A DNA stretch of 62,860 nucleotides, filler included, from Octopus bimaculoides (taxonomy: Eukaryota), in the NCBI RefSeq assembly GCF_001194135.2. It is 2 parts of 2 records of this genome, joined end to end, with 100 filler letters (N's around TTAATTAATTAA, not from the genome) between each part and the next. Parts side by side here need not be neighbours in the genome. Positions count along the whole stretch, not along the records: positions 31,286 to 62,860 come from NC_068981.1; 1 more part is not named here. One strand, 5' to 3'. Of the stretch, positions 37,128 to 50,062 are shown piece by piece. The notes below the pieces were generated by a model. It was not told where the DNA came from, ran no database searches, and saw only the letters and a list, made by a program, of their open reading frames with translations. The translations under genes were made by a program, and so were the position numbers. Position 1 is the first letter of the stretch. Each line of letters starts with the position of its first letter.

Positions 37128-39385
37128 CAGTGATACCCCGCAGTACGAGTTTAATTCGTTCCAATACTGAACTCGTCTTACGATTTACTCGTTTTACCAA
37201 TCAATTTTCCCCATTGAAGTTAACTAAAATATAATTAATCCGTTCCAGCCCCCCAAACCACTCTAAAAATAATTTTTATGGGTTTTAAAATAGAAGAGGT
37301 GTAGTTACAAGAAAATAACAATTATACAAAGAGAATGCAAAAGAAATATGTAAACTGTTTTTTTAAAACTGATTTACCTTAAAGATGGGACGATTTGTGC
37401 GCGAGAAAGACGATACATCAGGAAGGAGAAAGATTATTGTTTGGAAGGAGAATCTCCTTCCATTACGGCTTCATGAAGAACAATTTCTGGCCTTTTCTCT
37501 CTCACATCACTAAATTTAAGCTTTTGATCACAGTTTCTTCACTTTTTACACTTGCAGGTCGTTTCATTAGAGACGTCTGTTTTTTCCTGCCTTTCAAAAT
37601 GTTACGAAAATGCGCCAGAGCAGTGTCATTAAATAACGCAGTTGCACGACCTGTAGCTACTTTTTCAGGATGATATTTTTATACAAATTCAGAAACATGC
37701 TGCCACTTTGCCAACACTGCCTTTATGTCACTCGTAGAGATAGCATTCTCCGTTACACTGTTCTCCAAGGAATCAATCTCTTCTACCGCGTCCAAATGTT
37801 GCTTCTCCTGAAGCTGCAGGAGTTCATCTGTCGTCAGCTCCCCTGTGTGTTCCTCGATGAGATCGTTAATGTCCCCTCATCAACCTCGAGAACCATGGAC
37901 TTTTCAAGAGATACTATCTCCTCGACTACAGGTGTCCCAGACTCAAACTTCTGAAAGTCACTTTCGGATAGGCAGTCAAGCCATAGTTTCCTCCGTGCAG
38001 AATTCAGTGTTCTCCTTGTTACAACCTGTCAGATCATATTAGTGATTTTCAGAGAGTTGACAATATTGTAGTTCTCCTTCCAAAACTCACGAAGGGTTAT
38101 ATTTGTATTTTCAGTGACGTCAAAACACTGACAAAACAGGTGCTTGGAGTGCAATTTCTTAAAATTAGAATCACCTGTTGGTCCATGTGCTGCAAGGTAG
38201 GGGTGATGTTGCGTGAAAGGCACAGAACTTTTATAAATTTAAATTCGTCCAGGATATGATCTTCGAAGTTAGGAAGGTGAGCAGAAGCATTGTCGAAGAT
38301 GAGGAGGGCTTTGAGAGGAAGATTGCTCTCCAAAAGTTACTTTTTCACTGCTGGTCCGAAGACAAAGTTGACCCACTCGGAGAAGAATTGCCTGGTCAAC
38401 TAGGTCTTAACTTGTTTGCTCTTTATATGACCTTCAGCTTCTTCATCGGGATTTTGAGCGACTTGAACGCTCGTGGGTTTTCGGAATGGTAGACAAGGCG
38501 TGGCTTAATCTTCATATCTCCATTCGCATTGGCACACAGGGCGAGGAGTTAGCCTATCTTTTTATAAGCTTGTGGCCTGGCATTTTCTTCTCCTCTGTAG
38601 TTATGTAGGTTCTTCTGCGCATTTTGTTTTACCAAAAAAGGCCAATTTCATCACAGTTGAATACCTTCGATGTACCCAGCGATGAGCTGAAGGAATTCAC
38701 GCACGAAATCTTCAGCTGCCTTGGTATCATAACTTGCTGCTTCTCCATACCCGACGACGCTATGAACACCACTCCTCTTCTTCAAATTATCAAACCAGCC
38801 GCGACTGACCTTAAATGCGTCTGTTGTTGTCTCCTGCGTCGATGTCCCATGGTTTTGCTTCAGGAGATCCCCATTCAGCGCTTGTTCTTTCTCGCTGATG
38901 TTCTTTCTCTGTAATCGTATCCCCTGCGAGTTGTTTCTCGTTGATCTACTGGAGAAACAGTTTTTCCATCCTTTCGTAGTGAGATATGCGTTGCTTAGAG
39001 AGCCTAGAGAACCCTTTGTTGTTGTAACGACCTTGATCTCGTCCTTTTTCTTCAGTCTGGTGCAGAATGTCGACGTGCTTTTGTCGTATTGACGTGCTAT
39101 GTCCATTACACAGACTCTTCCCTCATGTTTATTAATGATTTCCCTTTTCAATTCTATCGTAATCAGCTTTTTATTCTCAGCACTATCCTTTGCTCTACCT
39201 TTCTTAGGATCCATGGCTAACACAACTAATTATTATAAAATAATAGTATAAAATGTACAAAACTAAGCAAAAACACTGGGGGAAAACACTGCCACAACGC
39301 GATAAACATGTGAACTGAACGAGCGGAGACTGCGCTTATTAGGAGAGTGTGTGTGAGCTCAGCACCGGCTAACGGTCGCTTGTAT
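37128..39385 (-). mobile_element. Tigger/pogo DNA transposon, decayed
   Basis: Left end TA|cagtgataccccgcagtacgagtttaattcgttcc; the right TIR was not found. Confidence 0.85.
37510..39214 (-). pseudogene. Tigger transposase (HTH-psq, CENP-B HTH and DDE_1 domains), frameshifted
   Basis: MDPKK...KKLITIELKREII...IARQY, FKVSRGWFDNLKKRSG...GEAAS, and LPLKALLIFDNASAH...LQHMDQQVI are diagnostic pogo/Tigger motifs. Confidence 0.92.
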
Positions 39386-39740
39386 GAATCTCCCTGGAGA
39401 TCTTAATGTTCATTACACCTCATAATACACAAGAAGTCGACAAATGGTAAACATCTGATGAGTCAACAAAAAGGCTTCTGCGTAGTTCTTAGAAAAGCTA
39501 CCAGTAACTTACTTAGAAAACTGAAAGGAATATTTGGCAGAGTTGCTCTATATATGCTGCATCCGAAACAAAATATGAGAATTGAAACGATGAAAATGTT
39601 ATTGATGCTAATGTACTCAATCAGGTTTGATGTTAGGTGACAATTTCTGCAAACGCCTTATTGCAACAAGTAATATGTAACGGAGATGAGATTTCACGTT
39701 ACACAGTTTTCTAATTTTAGCCAAGCTATAGAACCACACT

Positions 39741-39954
39741 TCGAGAGTGTTCTGAAAAGTTCCTGCTTTGGGTAAAAGAAAATACAGAAGGATCAATTAA
39801 TTGTGATTTTATTCAATATATTCGCTTCTCAGATTCACACACTCATTCCAATGGCCGTTTTTCTAAGCCCTGTAAAAGAACTCGGGAGGTTGGGCCACTA
39901 ACCAGGCTTTTTGCGACACCCTTAAAGCCAGGAACTTTTCAGCCCCCCTTCGTA
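39741..39954. mobile_element. mariner-type MITE
   Basis: TIRs tcgagagtgttctgaaaagttcctg / ccaggaacttttcagcccccttcg|ta; sister copy at 58449-58671. Confidence 0.85.
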
Positions 39955-42489
39955 CATTCAGTCACATTTCCCAGAACAACCACTTTAATCATATCGTCTA
40001 GTGATGAACTGCGTGACGATTGTCGTAGACAAGCATTTTTTAAAGTAATCTATCGTTTCTTTCTTTTTACAAACCCCGATTTTTAAAGAAGCAGATGTAC
40101 CTATTACAAGTTATCAGGAATCAACGATTTTTCGCCCTTCAAAACTTCGGTGAAAACAAGGTTATCATCGTTGATGCCAGTTAGCAGAGTCTTTGACAGT
40201 GTTTTGTATGAATAACTCTCCAAACTAAGTCACTCGATTTTAATTCATATTTCATTTCATGTTTTGGAAGATTCTTTCCTGATGACTCGATCGAACATGC
40301 GCTGGTAAGGACATTTTAAATCCACATTCAATCAATGCTGATTCAACCTAAGATTATGACACTAGCACTTTTCATTTTGAATATTGACATATCAAATCAG
40401 GAACTTTTCTATGCAGATAAAACCTTTCTCTACTTTTTACTCTGAGCAACGCATTATTTACAGGCAATCTGAAATCTTCGCGCTATAACAACATATCCTC
40501 CAAGAATACGGATGTTAAGCCATGCTTCAGTTAGGACATAAACGAGATTTCTTTGACAGCTCTAATACACAATAAATTATACATCAAATAAATAATGTTA
40601 CACAACATCTCTTACAAATCTGACGTACACCTTCACAGTTTCTATGAATGTAAGGTATCATAATCCTTGATAAACTCTCAAGTCGACATCGCGCACACGC
40701 GCGTGCAGATATATAGATCGCTAAAACTACATCTCTGAATAGCTTTCCATTTTAGGCCTGGAAAACAATTCATTCTAATGATATATTTATCCTTTGCGAA
40801 GCCCAAGCATTATCAACATTGAGGCTCGACTCAATAACCATAAACTGAGCTATCGCATGGACATCTGAGTGCGCAGCCAAAAGGTCCTTCGGTTGATTGC
40901 CAAACTGACGCTCACCGGTGGTGTACAATCACGGGCTTTCATATTTTCTCTCTACTTTCAATCGGTACTGAACTGGCTGGCGACCTATCTCTTCCACTAG
41001 GTCCACACATCATCCTCGTATCATCATCTGCTGTTTTTACGTGCTGTGTGTTCACTTCTACACTCCATATTTAGCATTTTCTGCTAAATATTCTGTTTTC
41101 TTGAAATTCCCCTTCTGTTGCTTTTAGTTTGTTGATATTTTACATAAGGTCAGTCAAAGGTCAGTTGTATAAACCTAGGGTGATAAAAGTGGCTTGCGAA
41201 GTTAATGAGCGTTTTCCCTTCTTCAGGAATTAAGTAATAAAGCAATGATCGAATGGTCTTTAGAAAATAAGTCTGAGCGAGAAACCAGGAACACGTATAA
41301 AATGTTTATGTGCTACAACTACTTTACTCGACATTAATACTTCATTGTCATGTTTACTTGTTAGTACTACTTTACTTGTTTGTAATACTTGATTTAAATA
41401 GATAGTGGTGATAAACAATCACGTGATGAACAAATAATTGTTAAATTACTGATGCATTAATCGTATTTTGTTATTTTGCTATGTGCTACTGAATAAATGT
41501 ATATAATTTTTTTTTAGCTAAAATGCTGCTCGTAGTCACTTGGAAACTATTTAAAACAACTAATCATTTGTAGAAAGTACTCTGTGGAGAGAAAAACAAG
41601 TATCATCTGGATGGGGTCCAATCCTTCAAGTGACATCCTATGAACAACCTTTTTTTAGCTGTCTAAAGGTATATTGATATTATGATAATATCCTTCAGTA
41701 AATCTCTTAATATGATTTACATCAGCTAACATTATTTGCATAAACACTGTTATGTTATGATGCTATGATGTACTATGGAACAAAGGTGTACACTTAATCA
41801 ACAATGAGTGTATAGATAAATGTACAAAACATATCTTTCATACTACGTCTTGTGGAAATAAAAGGAGGGTTCAGGCATACCAGTCTTAAAGAACCCATTG
41901 AGATCTTTTGAGCAACGGAGTACCCACTTTAACTATCCATAGAAATATTGTTTACATCCACCATTAATAACAGTTTCAATAAATCGGATTCACCTTTTTT
42001 TATAAATTAACTCATTCAAAGCATTCTATGCAGTTCTGGTGTTTCTGGTGAATCAATTATGATGTATCTGTAGGCGTTAAGAGAGGCATACGCCTTCTGA
42101 TGGTATCTCAATGGAAGAATTGAAAGCGAGCAGTGGATATTTTTCAGGCGGCAAAAAAAGAGGCCAGTTGCTTACATCTGTCTACACATACTAAAACTTA
42201 TAGATTTATTCTGTAGTTCACCGTAATAGATTACTTATATATAGNNNNNNNNNNNNNNNNNNNNNNNNNNNNNNNNNNNNNNNNNNNNNNNNNNNNNNNN
42301 NNNNNNNNNNNNNNNNNNNNNNNNNNNNNNNNNNNNNNNNATTATAACAAGGGCTTGGCTTGTACCTCACCATGCACTGAAAAATAGACGTCAATTGTAA
42401 TCAAACTGGTGAATATTAACTTACACTGAAAATTCATATATCTCTATATAAAAGCATTTGGATAGAAATGACAGTAGAATATTTTTCCT

Positions 42490-42892
42490 TTTATTCTTTT
42501 ACTTGTTTCAGTCATTAGATTGCAGCCATGCTGGGGCACTGCCTTGAAATCCTTTGATTCGAATGAATCAACCCCAGTAATTCCTTTTTTTTAAGCCTGA
42601 TACTTATTCTATCGGTCATTTTTGCCGAACCCATAAGTTACGGGAGACGTAAACATTCCAACACCGGTTGTCCAGCGGTACTAGGGGGCAAATACAAACA
42701 CAAAGAAACACACACACACACATATATACAACAGACTTCTTTGAGTTACCATCTACCAAGTTTTCTCAGAAGGCTTTAGTTGGCCCGAGGTTATAGGAGA
42801 AGACACTTGTATAAAGTGCCACGTTGCGTAACTGAAACCGGAACCATGTGGTCGAGAAGTAAGCTTCTTAACACACAGCCACGCCTGCGCCT
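42490..42892 (-). mobile_element. Full-length tRNA-derived SINE (25172 family)
   Basis: Antisense head cacacagccacgcctgcgcct and antisense tail ttcttttacttgtttcagtca. Confidence 0.88.
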
Positions 42893-43774
42893 ATATACGT
42901 ATAGAACTTGAAAACAAGCATTTATAATTACAATGTCTGGAGAACTTTTTTCCAGATTTCTGAAAGTATAATTTCACAACATAGTATTTTCAAAAAGAAT
43001 GGTAAAAAAAGAAGAAAAAAAATGCCAACCACTTTCACGTGAACGGCTAGTGTTGATGGAACTAAATTATATGAATCCCTGTGATAATATATCTAGGAAA
43101 ATCAATCCTGCTAGCACACTAAAAATACATTGGAGATACCTGCAGAACAAATGATTAAACTAGCCAATATAAACTGTAGTAAGGTGTATAGTGAACGATA
43201 AATTGAAAATCCACCGACGAAAGTATACAAATAAACAATGTATGCAAAGTATACTGATTCTATTCTCTAAATTCTTACGGCGAATTTAATCAATGTAAAG
43301 CATTAACTCAACACCTTGCGTCATAAAATCAGTTACCATTCGCAAACATTCTTTTAACTACTACATTTCTTCTGACCTACAAGCTGTACACAGGAAGGTA
43401 AAAATAAGCGTCTTGTCTATCGAAGAATTCAAACCCATGAAGATCTTAAATAATTTTGCTTTACGATTTGGATTTCAAGCATAAAAAATCACGGCTAATT
43501 ACAACCACGAAAGAATATAGTGTAACGTTATCAATAGGAGAATGTGCACTATAGATTTGTAAACATTCATAAAACTATAGGAAAGCTGAAATATCACAAG
43601 GGACTCGGAAGAAACTTAATACTTGCATCCTAGCATATGATGTTGACATCCTGCATAAAGTTATACAATCTTATGTTTAAAAGAAATGTGAAATGTTAAC
43701 TGGTTTGCTATATAGATAAATGTTGTGAGCTTGGACGATAACATTCACTTAGTAGAAAGGTATAAACATATTGA

Positions 43775-43945
43775 TTTCAAATTTTGGCCCTAGATCAGCA
43801 GTCTCGGAGGGGGGTACTTATTTTATCGACTGCAAATGGATGAAAGGCAAACTATCTACCCCAGCTGAATTTGAACTCAGAACGCAAATCCAGAAGAAAT
43901 ACTGCTAAGTATTTTGTCCGGCGTGCTAACGATTCTGTTAGCTCG
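43775..43945 (-). mobile_element. Decayed SINE (aaggcggcgagctgg family)
   Basis: Antisense gatgaaaggcaaa...gaatttgaactcagaacg. Confidence 0.75.
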
Positions 43946-44249
43946 AAACCGGGTTCTCATGATTGTGAAGTGCACTTTTTAACTATTAAATAATACATGC
44001 GTATACAAGCATATTATTAAAGCGGGCGGGTAAGGAGTTCTCTAATGCAAGCAGAAAGAAATTTTTATCCTTTCTCTGTCAATTACAGAACTTCTGGAGT
44101 TTCTGTTCTGTAAGTAAATCATTAAAAGACTGGAGTTTGGGAAGATTTCCATGTTCTGATATTTCAATACAGTTCAATATTTAAGAGATAAGGAATTATG
44201 TATATTATTTATATTACACGGATATTTGTCTGCATCTTGTTATTTGTTA

Positions 44250-44293
44250 ACACATCGTTTCGGCTGATATACCCTCCAGTCTTCATCAGGTGT
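44250..44293 (-). ncRNA. Minimal type I hammerhead-ribozyme-like motif
   Basis: ACAC-CUGAUGA-A-GACUG(GAGGGUAUAU)CAGCC-GAAAC-GAU-GUGU. The core is canonical; U16.1 is replaced by A in this copy. Confidence 0.75.
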
Positions 44294-44360
44294 CTTGGGG
44301 AAATTTCGAACCTGGGTTCTCATTCTTAAGGTATTTTTAGATGTTATTATTTTTATTATT

Positions 44361-44436
44361 CAGGTCCCTGCTTGGAATTGAACTCAGAATCTTGGGGTTA
44401 GTAGCCCGCGCTCTTAACCAGTAGGCCATATACCCG
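44361..44436 (-). other. tRNA-like pol III module inside the PLE 3' region
   Basis: A box UGGCCUACUGG (44418-44428), B box GAGUUCAAUUCC (44374-44385), anticodon-arm-like CGGG-CUACUAA-CCCC. Imperfect stems, so not called a tRNA gene. Confidence 0.7.
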
Positions 44437-45129
44437 TGGGCAAATATGAAGTGAATTGTAGGGCTTATAAATCTAACAATTTCTCATTCTCCCTTAATAC
44501 CAGTTCCCATATGCTACTCATATCTGCACTCAGTCCGCTTAGGAGGTTGTTGTGTCCTAGCATATGTGCTACTTTTAGTTTTCGTATTTTCCAGTGGTGT
44601 TCTCTGTCTATTATTTTAACTTCATACCACAGGCTGGGGTCTCCATTTTCCCATACATGATCAGCTATACCCGATTTATCAATATCTCCCCGCATGTTTA
44701 GCCTTTGTATAACCTACCACAGCTGCATGGGATAGTGTACGCGCAATCTTTGGTCATATTCTTTTCTATTGGTGGTCTTACTCGAAGGAGATATTTGCGA
44801 AGTGTTATATTACTCTTGAATACTGTCCTGATGTTATATGGGCCGCGTATCTTTTGTATCTTTTCGGAAAGGCCTTTCACATAGGGTAGACAGACTGTAG
44901 ACAGTTTATTGGTTTCATCCTCTCTTTTCTTTATAATAGGAGTGGATAGTATGTTTTTGGGGTAGTTGTTGCTTAATAGATTGTTATTGAGAAGGTTCGA
45001 AATATTGTGTTAACAACAAACAAGATGGGGACAAATATCTGTCAAATGTAAATAATTTAAATAACTGACATTTCAAGTTTTGACGTACTTGAGTGACTAC
45101 CCCGGAATAGTTTGCCTTTCAATTCTACT

Positions 45130-45480
45130 TGATGAGTAGATGAAGTTATTACAGTTTAACATTAGATCCACTTTGAAAAATCGGATCTCTGATCAAAGAC
45201 ATTTCAAAACTACCCATCACTCTCATGGATATCTAAGACACATACAGTGTGTCGCTCTAATATATTTTAAAACTGTTAAGGTATTATTTGGAGAATTTTT
45301 GACTGCTGTTTCTTATAGCTTGAATGATCAAACTGTAACTCATTTGACACCCTGATCACGCAGAAGGGTCGCTGATATGAAGAAAGAAAATAGGACTAAT
45401 GTGATAGTGATACTTAAGTCTTTCTGAATGGATTTAGGAGTTAAAAGATGCAAAATAGTTTCAATCAGAAGTCAATGGTG
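45130..45480 (+). mobile_element. Possible very decayed R4/Dong-like RT fragment
   Basis: Weak peptides PITLMD and MDLGVKRCKIVSIR (cf. HLLFMDDLK and MEFGLDKCAVVTIKRG). Confidence 0.3.
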
Positions 45481-48400
45481 CGTCGCTATTTATTTATTAT
45501 TATTAAAGTATATGTTGCTTCTTACTCTATGACACTTTTATTTTTCAGTGCAAACTCTCTCTCTCTCTCTCTCTCTCNNNNNNNNNNNNNNNNNNNNNNN
45601 NNNNNNNNNNNNNNNNNNNNNNNNNNNNNNNNNNNNNNNNNNNNNNNNNNNNNNNNNNNNNNNNNNNNNNNNNNNNNNNNNNNNNNNNNNNNNNNNNNNN
45701 NNNNNNNNNNNNNNNNNNNNNNNNNNNNNNNNNNNNNNNNNNNNNNNNNNNNNNNNNNNNNNNNNNNNNNNNNNNNNNNNNNNNNNNNNNNNNNNNNNNN
45801 NNNNNNNNNNNNNNNNNNNNNNNNNNNNNNATATGTATGTATATATATGCTTATTCATTTATATATATGTGTGTGTGTGTGAGCGTGCGTGTGAGTATGT
45901 ATGTATGTATGTATGTATGTATGTATGTATGTGCCTTCCAGTTATTAAAAAACGTACGAACGTTCTATAACCCACCATAAGTATATCCCGCAATATCCAC
46001 CAATGACCGAGTCATTCTGCTCCCTAATTAGCTATTTCGCAAAACAAAACATGAAATTTATTTTTTCAAATATCGTGGAGTAGCGAAAATGGTAAAGCTT
46101 CCGATGAATTCTTTACAGCATTACATTGATTCTACTGTATTGTATGTGCAGATTCGTTTACCTATTATATAGTCAATAAATTAAATAGCTAAATACCCTT
46201 ATTTAATTAGCTCTGCCACTCCCATAAACTTAATATCTATGTTGAATCATCTTTAACTTTTGGGCTTATTTATCAGCAGGACAATTCATGTCACTGAACG
46301 CTATATAGCAGCTCACTCAGCTGTGTTCTGCGGATGTCTATATATACTGAACTTTAATAACACATATAGATTCTGATATTTTCTTTCTAGTTTATACGCA
46401 TTATTTGACGCACTAATCATCTAAGCCGTCTTTCGCAAGTGAATGTAACTTGGTGACATGTATCACGTTCACGATAATAGCTTTATCGACTATATAACTG
46501 CGAACAGACATATATACACTTTCGAATCTCCTGCCTATGACCAACAATGTATCGACGATATAACAGCTAGAAGAAGAGAAGCATGTACCCTCACTTACTA
46601 CTATTTTTAGCTGAATAGACTGGAGTAATACGAAATTAAATGCCTTGCTTACGGACACAACCCACAAACATATGATATTTAGCCACTACTCAATCCACTA
46701 AGTTACGCACATTCACAGATAACTCAACCAGTACATCAGTTTGAGAGCCATAGTTAAAAGAGTGTCTAGAACAATTGACGATCGTAAAAATTGATGAAGA
46801 TTTGTATTACGCTCGTTGCGCCTATGTTCAGAGCTAATACCTTTAACGCTCCCTTTTAAGCAATGCAAATAATATCACAAATAATAAGTTCAAAGCTGTT
46901 GGGAGCAGGGGCAATATACAACTAAAGAATGTTTCATTGGTTTGCAGTGCTCGCTTTTAGTTCCTCATGAGAGAAGTTTTCACATCGCAAGATTGCCACA
47001 ATCATTTCCATAATCTCTATGATTCAGTAAAATCTGATTAAATAAAAATAGATACACAAAGAGTGTTCTTAAGGTCAATCTATATTTTCGTAAACTTTGT
47101 AAACAATCTTACAAATATGGATCAATTTGAATGTAAACAAATAAACAAAGCCTTGATCGAAAATCAAATGGCCTTTTGGTCTTGGGATTAAACTCTGTTA
47201 AACTCAGCAACATAAAACTCCTTCAAGTAAGTTGTATTTTATTATCATCACATCTTATCATTTTAAATATACACATAAAAGATATTATGTAAATAGTGGA
47301 CATTTCATTGTGAGTAATATTTTAGTTGCTATGCCACGCAGCTGTACAATACACCTATTAATCAATAAATGTGTTTTACTTTTACACTACCGTTTGGCAT
47401 TTGTCCGCCTATGAATTTCCTTTTCCCTTGACCCGTTTGACATTTTGTAAACAACAGAAATAAGTTGATATTTGACACTAACGCTGTTATGTAGTCCGAT
47501 TTTGTAATTAAAGTATACAAATATCAATAAAAAAAAGAATCTATATGATAAAAACAAAACGGCATTGGTTAGTCAACCAGTGAACAAGTATTTAAGTAAA
47601 CAGATAAGATTAAATAGGAACTAAGAATATTTTATTCATAGCTCAAAAATATGAAAACCTGAAATAAACGATAATTACTATTACACTAGGTTTCGCTGTT
47701 CTAAATTGTTTGGTGGTTAAGAACTAGTTTCAGTTTTGTTCTCTTTATAACGCTGTTATAACGGTGTCTCTTTGTGCCTTTGTGTTCAGTTACTAATGCA
47801 GACATTAGAGATAATAATAGAACTTCTAGTCCATTGAGTATAAAGTTGGACACACACATACACACACCATACAGACAGACAGATAGACAGACAGACAGAC
47901 AAACAGACTGACACATACACACACACACGTATATAAAGGTTTCCACCTCAGGTCTTTTAGCATTATGCTGATACTCTTTGCTCTACTTTTTTACGTTCTA
48001 TGTCTTGAGCAAAAACCAATGTCTATGACACTTGCATCTCCTCTGTGACGAGTGAAATTGAGTTAATCAATGTTTCGTGTAAATAGTTGCAGTCTATTTA
48101 TTTGAAAGAGACACACGCTAGGAAGATATTTCAAAATGATTTCCTTATGATCTGGCTGAAGGTGGAAAATGACTGTAGTGATTAGAGAGGGGTCTAGGGA
48201 AATGGGCACAACATGAATACTGTCATAGTAGTTTTGTTAATGCAGAGGGGTGAGACAGCTCGACTGTGGCCTAGAAGAGTGCTTGTGTGTAGTTTTATGC
48301 CAATCGAGTTGCATCTCTCTGGATTCGGTCAACGATGTCTGTCTGAAGAGTAACCACATCGTCCCCGATTTAGACACAATTCTCCATTGTGGTCCTGACT

Positions 48401-48699
48401 TTAGTGTGAGAAATTTCTCGGAGTTGAAATATTTTCTGTCTCTAAAGAGAATGGCCATTCTTTACGATGTGTTCATAGTTATATGAAGATGAGTCTTAAT
48501 CAGGAGAGATGTTCACTGATAGTGAGAGCAAACATTTGGAGTGATCGTGAAGGCTGTAGCTGAATTCTTAGTATGATTGTATGGATGTGGTTTCATATCA
48601 ATTTAATGGTATGGATTGTACTTTTGTAATTTTCTATGGAAAATGATTGTCAAAACCCCACAGGAAGATTCTTCCGAGATATGTCTTCGCAGAATTAGT

Positions 48700-49640
48700 G
48701 TACGAGGTGGTATAAAAAAAAGGTCCCTGAAACACGCCAACAGATGGCAGCACACAATCACGTGCGTAAGGAGAGCTACCAGTGATCTTCATGAATCGGT
48801 GTGCCGAGTGACATTATTGTGTTTGTGTCGCAAATTCTTAAATTTGTGTTTTTGTGCTCACATTTAAGCGATTTTGTCATGGACAGGAACAAAGAGCTAA
48901 TGAGAAATTTTGCGTTAAACCAGGGAAGTCTGCTACAGAGACACTGAGTACGCTTCGGCGAGCTTACAGCGACATATGGGTTTGTGCAAGCAATACTAAC
49001 TTCTGAATTGAACATGCGGCGTGTCTCTACCAAGTTTGTCCACTACCTGCTGACCACTGAGCAGAAAGAACATCGCGTTGAAGTTTGTCAAGGTCTCCGT
49101 CGGTCTGCAGTTGATGATCCATCCTTCATGTCGGGGATCATCACCGCTGATGAGAGTTAGGTCTACGGATACGTCCCTGAGACGAAGCAGCAGATATCAC
49201 AATGGAAAAGCCTTTCATCTCCACGAGCGAAGAAGGCACGGCAGGGCTTCAGCTCAATCTAGAGCATTCTCATAGTTTTTTCGACATCCACAGTATTGTG
49301 CATCGAGAATTCGTTCCCTAGAGCCAAACCGTCAATCGTGAGTTCCTCTGCGATGTTTTGGACCGTTTGAAGGACGACATTCGGCGAAAGAGACCAGATC
49401 TGTGGAGCGTGAAGAATTGGATGCTTCACGACGACAATGCACCCTGTCACGAAGCTCTTGGCGAGTTTCTCACCAAAAACAACATGGTATCATGGCTTTC
49501 AGAAAGTAATTATTTATGTTTATTTTCATTGCATTACAGATATTAAAAGCGTGAAGCATTTTCATATGCACGTCGATTTAGCACCTTCGGACTTCCGTCT
49601 CTTCCCTAAAATGAAAAGGCAGTTTAAAGGTCACCGTTCT
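48700..49640 (+). mobile_element. mariner (DD34D-type) element, internally deleted, 3' end cut by a SINE
   Basis: Left end tacgaggtggtataaaaaaaaggt followed by a transposase relic. Confidence 0.88.
48879..49640 (+). pseudogene. mariner transposase pseudogene
   Basis: KSATETLSTLRRAY, LNMRRVSTKFV..LLTTEQKEHR, IITADES*VYGY, LHDDNAPCH, DLAPSDFRLFPKMK; has stops, a deletion and an insertion. Confidence 0.92.
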
Positions 49641-49646
49641 AACGCC

Positions 49647-49796
49647 GCTGTTGTAAGTAGCTTGCTTACCAATCTCATACTTCCGAGTTCAGTCCCACTG
49701 CGTGGTACATTGGGCAAGTGTTTTCTACTATAGCCTCGGACCGACCAAGTCATTGTGAGTGGATTTGGTAGAAGGAAACTGAAAGAAGCCAGTCGT

Positions 49797-49840
<44 letters not shown>

Positions 49841-50062
49841 ATGTATGCATGTATATGTTTGAGTGTGTCTGTGCTTTCCCCACCATCGCTTGACAACCGA
49901 TGTTGGTGTGTTTACGTCCCCGTAACTTAGCGGTTCGGCAAAATAGACCGACAGAATAAATACTAGGCTTACAAAGGATAACTCCTGGGGTTAATTTCTT
50001 CGACTAAAAGTTGGTGCTCCAGCATGGCCGCAGTCAAATGACTGAAGCATGTAAAAGAATAA
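49647..50062 (+). mobile_element. tRNA-derived SINE (25172 family), CpG-retaining
   Basis: Head gtaagtagcttgcttacc, central (TA)/(TG), 3' gactgaagcatgtaaaagaataaaa. Confidence 0.9.

Larger units (their letters stand above)
44166..45060 (-). mobile_element. Penelope/Poseidon-like element with 3' pLTR and an inverted partial pLTR at its 5' junction
   Basis: NNYPKNIL...VCLPYVKGLSEKIQKI...YTIPCSCGRLYKG and KSGIADHVWE...EVKIIDREHHWKIRKLK (GIY-YIG). The tail at 44200-44255 (minus) reappears on the plus strand at about 45000-45060. Confidence 0.9.

Noticed and set aside
41560-42180. Possible L1/Tx1-like RT relic on the minus strand
   Set aside because: Similarity is too weak to support by eye and needs a profile search.
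48240-48500. ORFs 48237-48458 and 48250-48486 as host genes
   Set aside because: No splice context; at best a very decayed RTE fragment (LFRQ...SREMQLD), and too weak to call.
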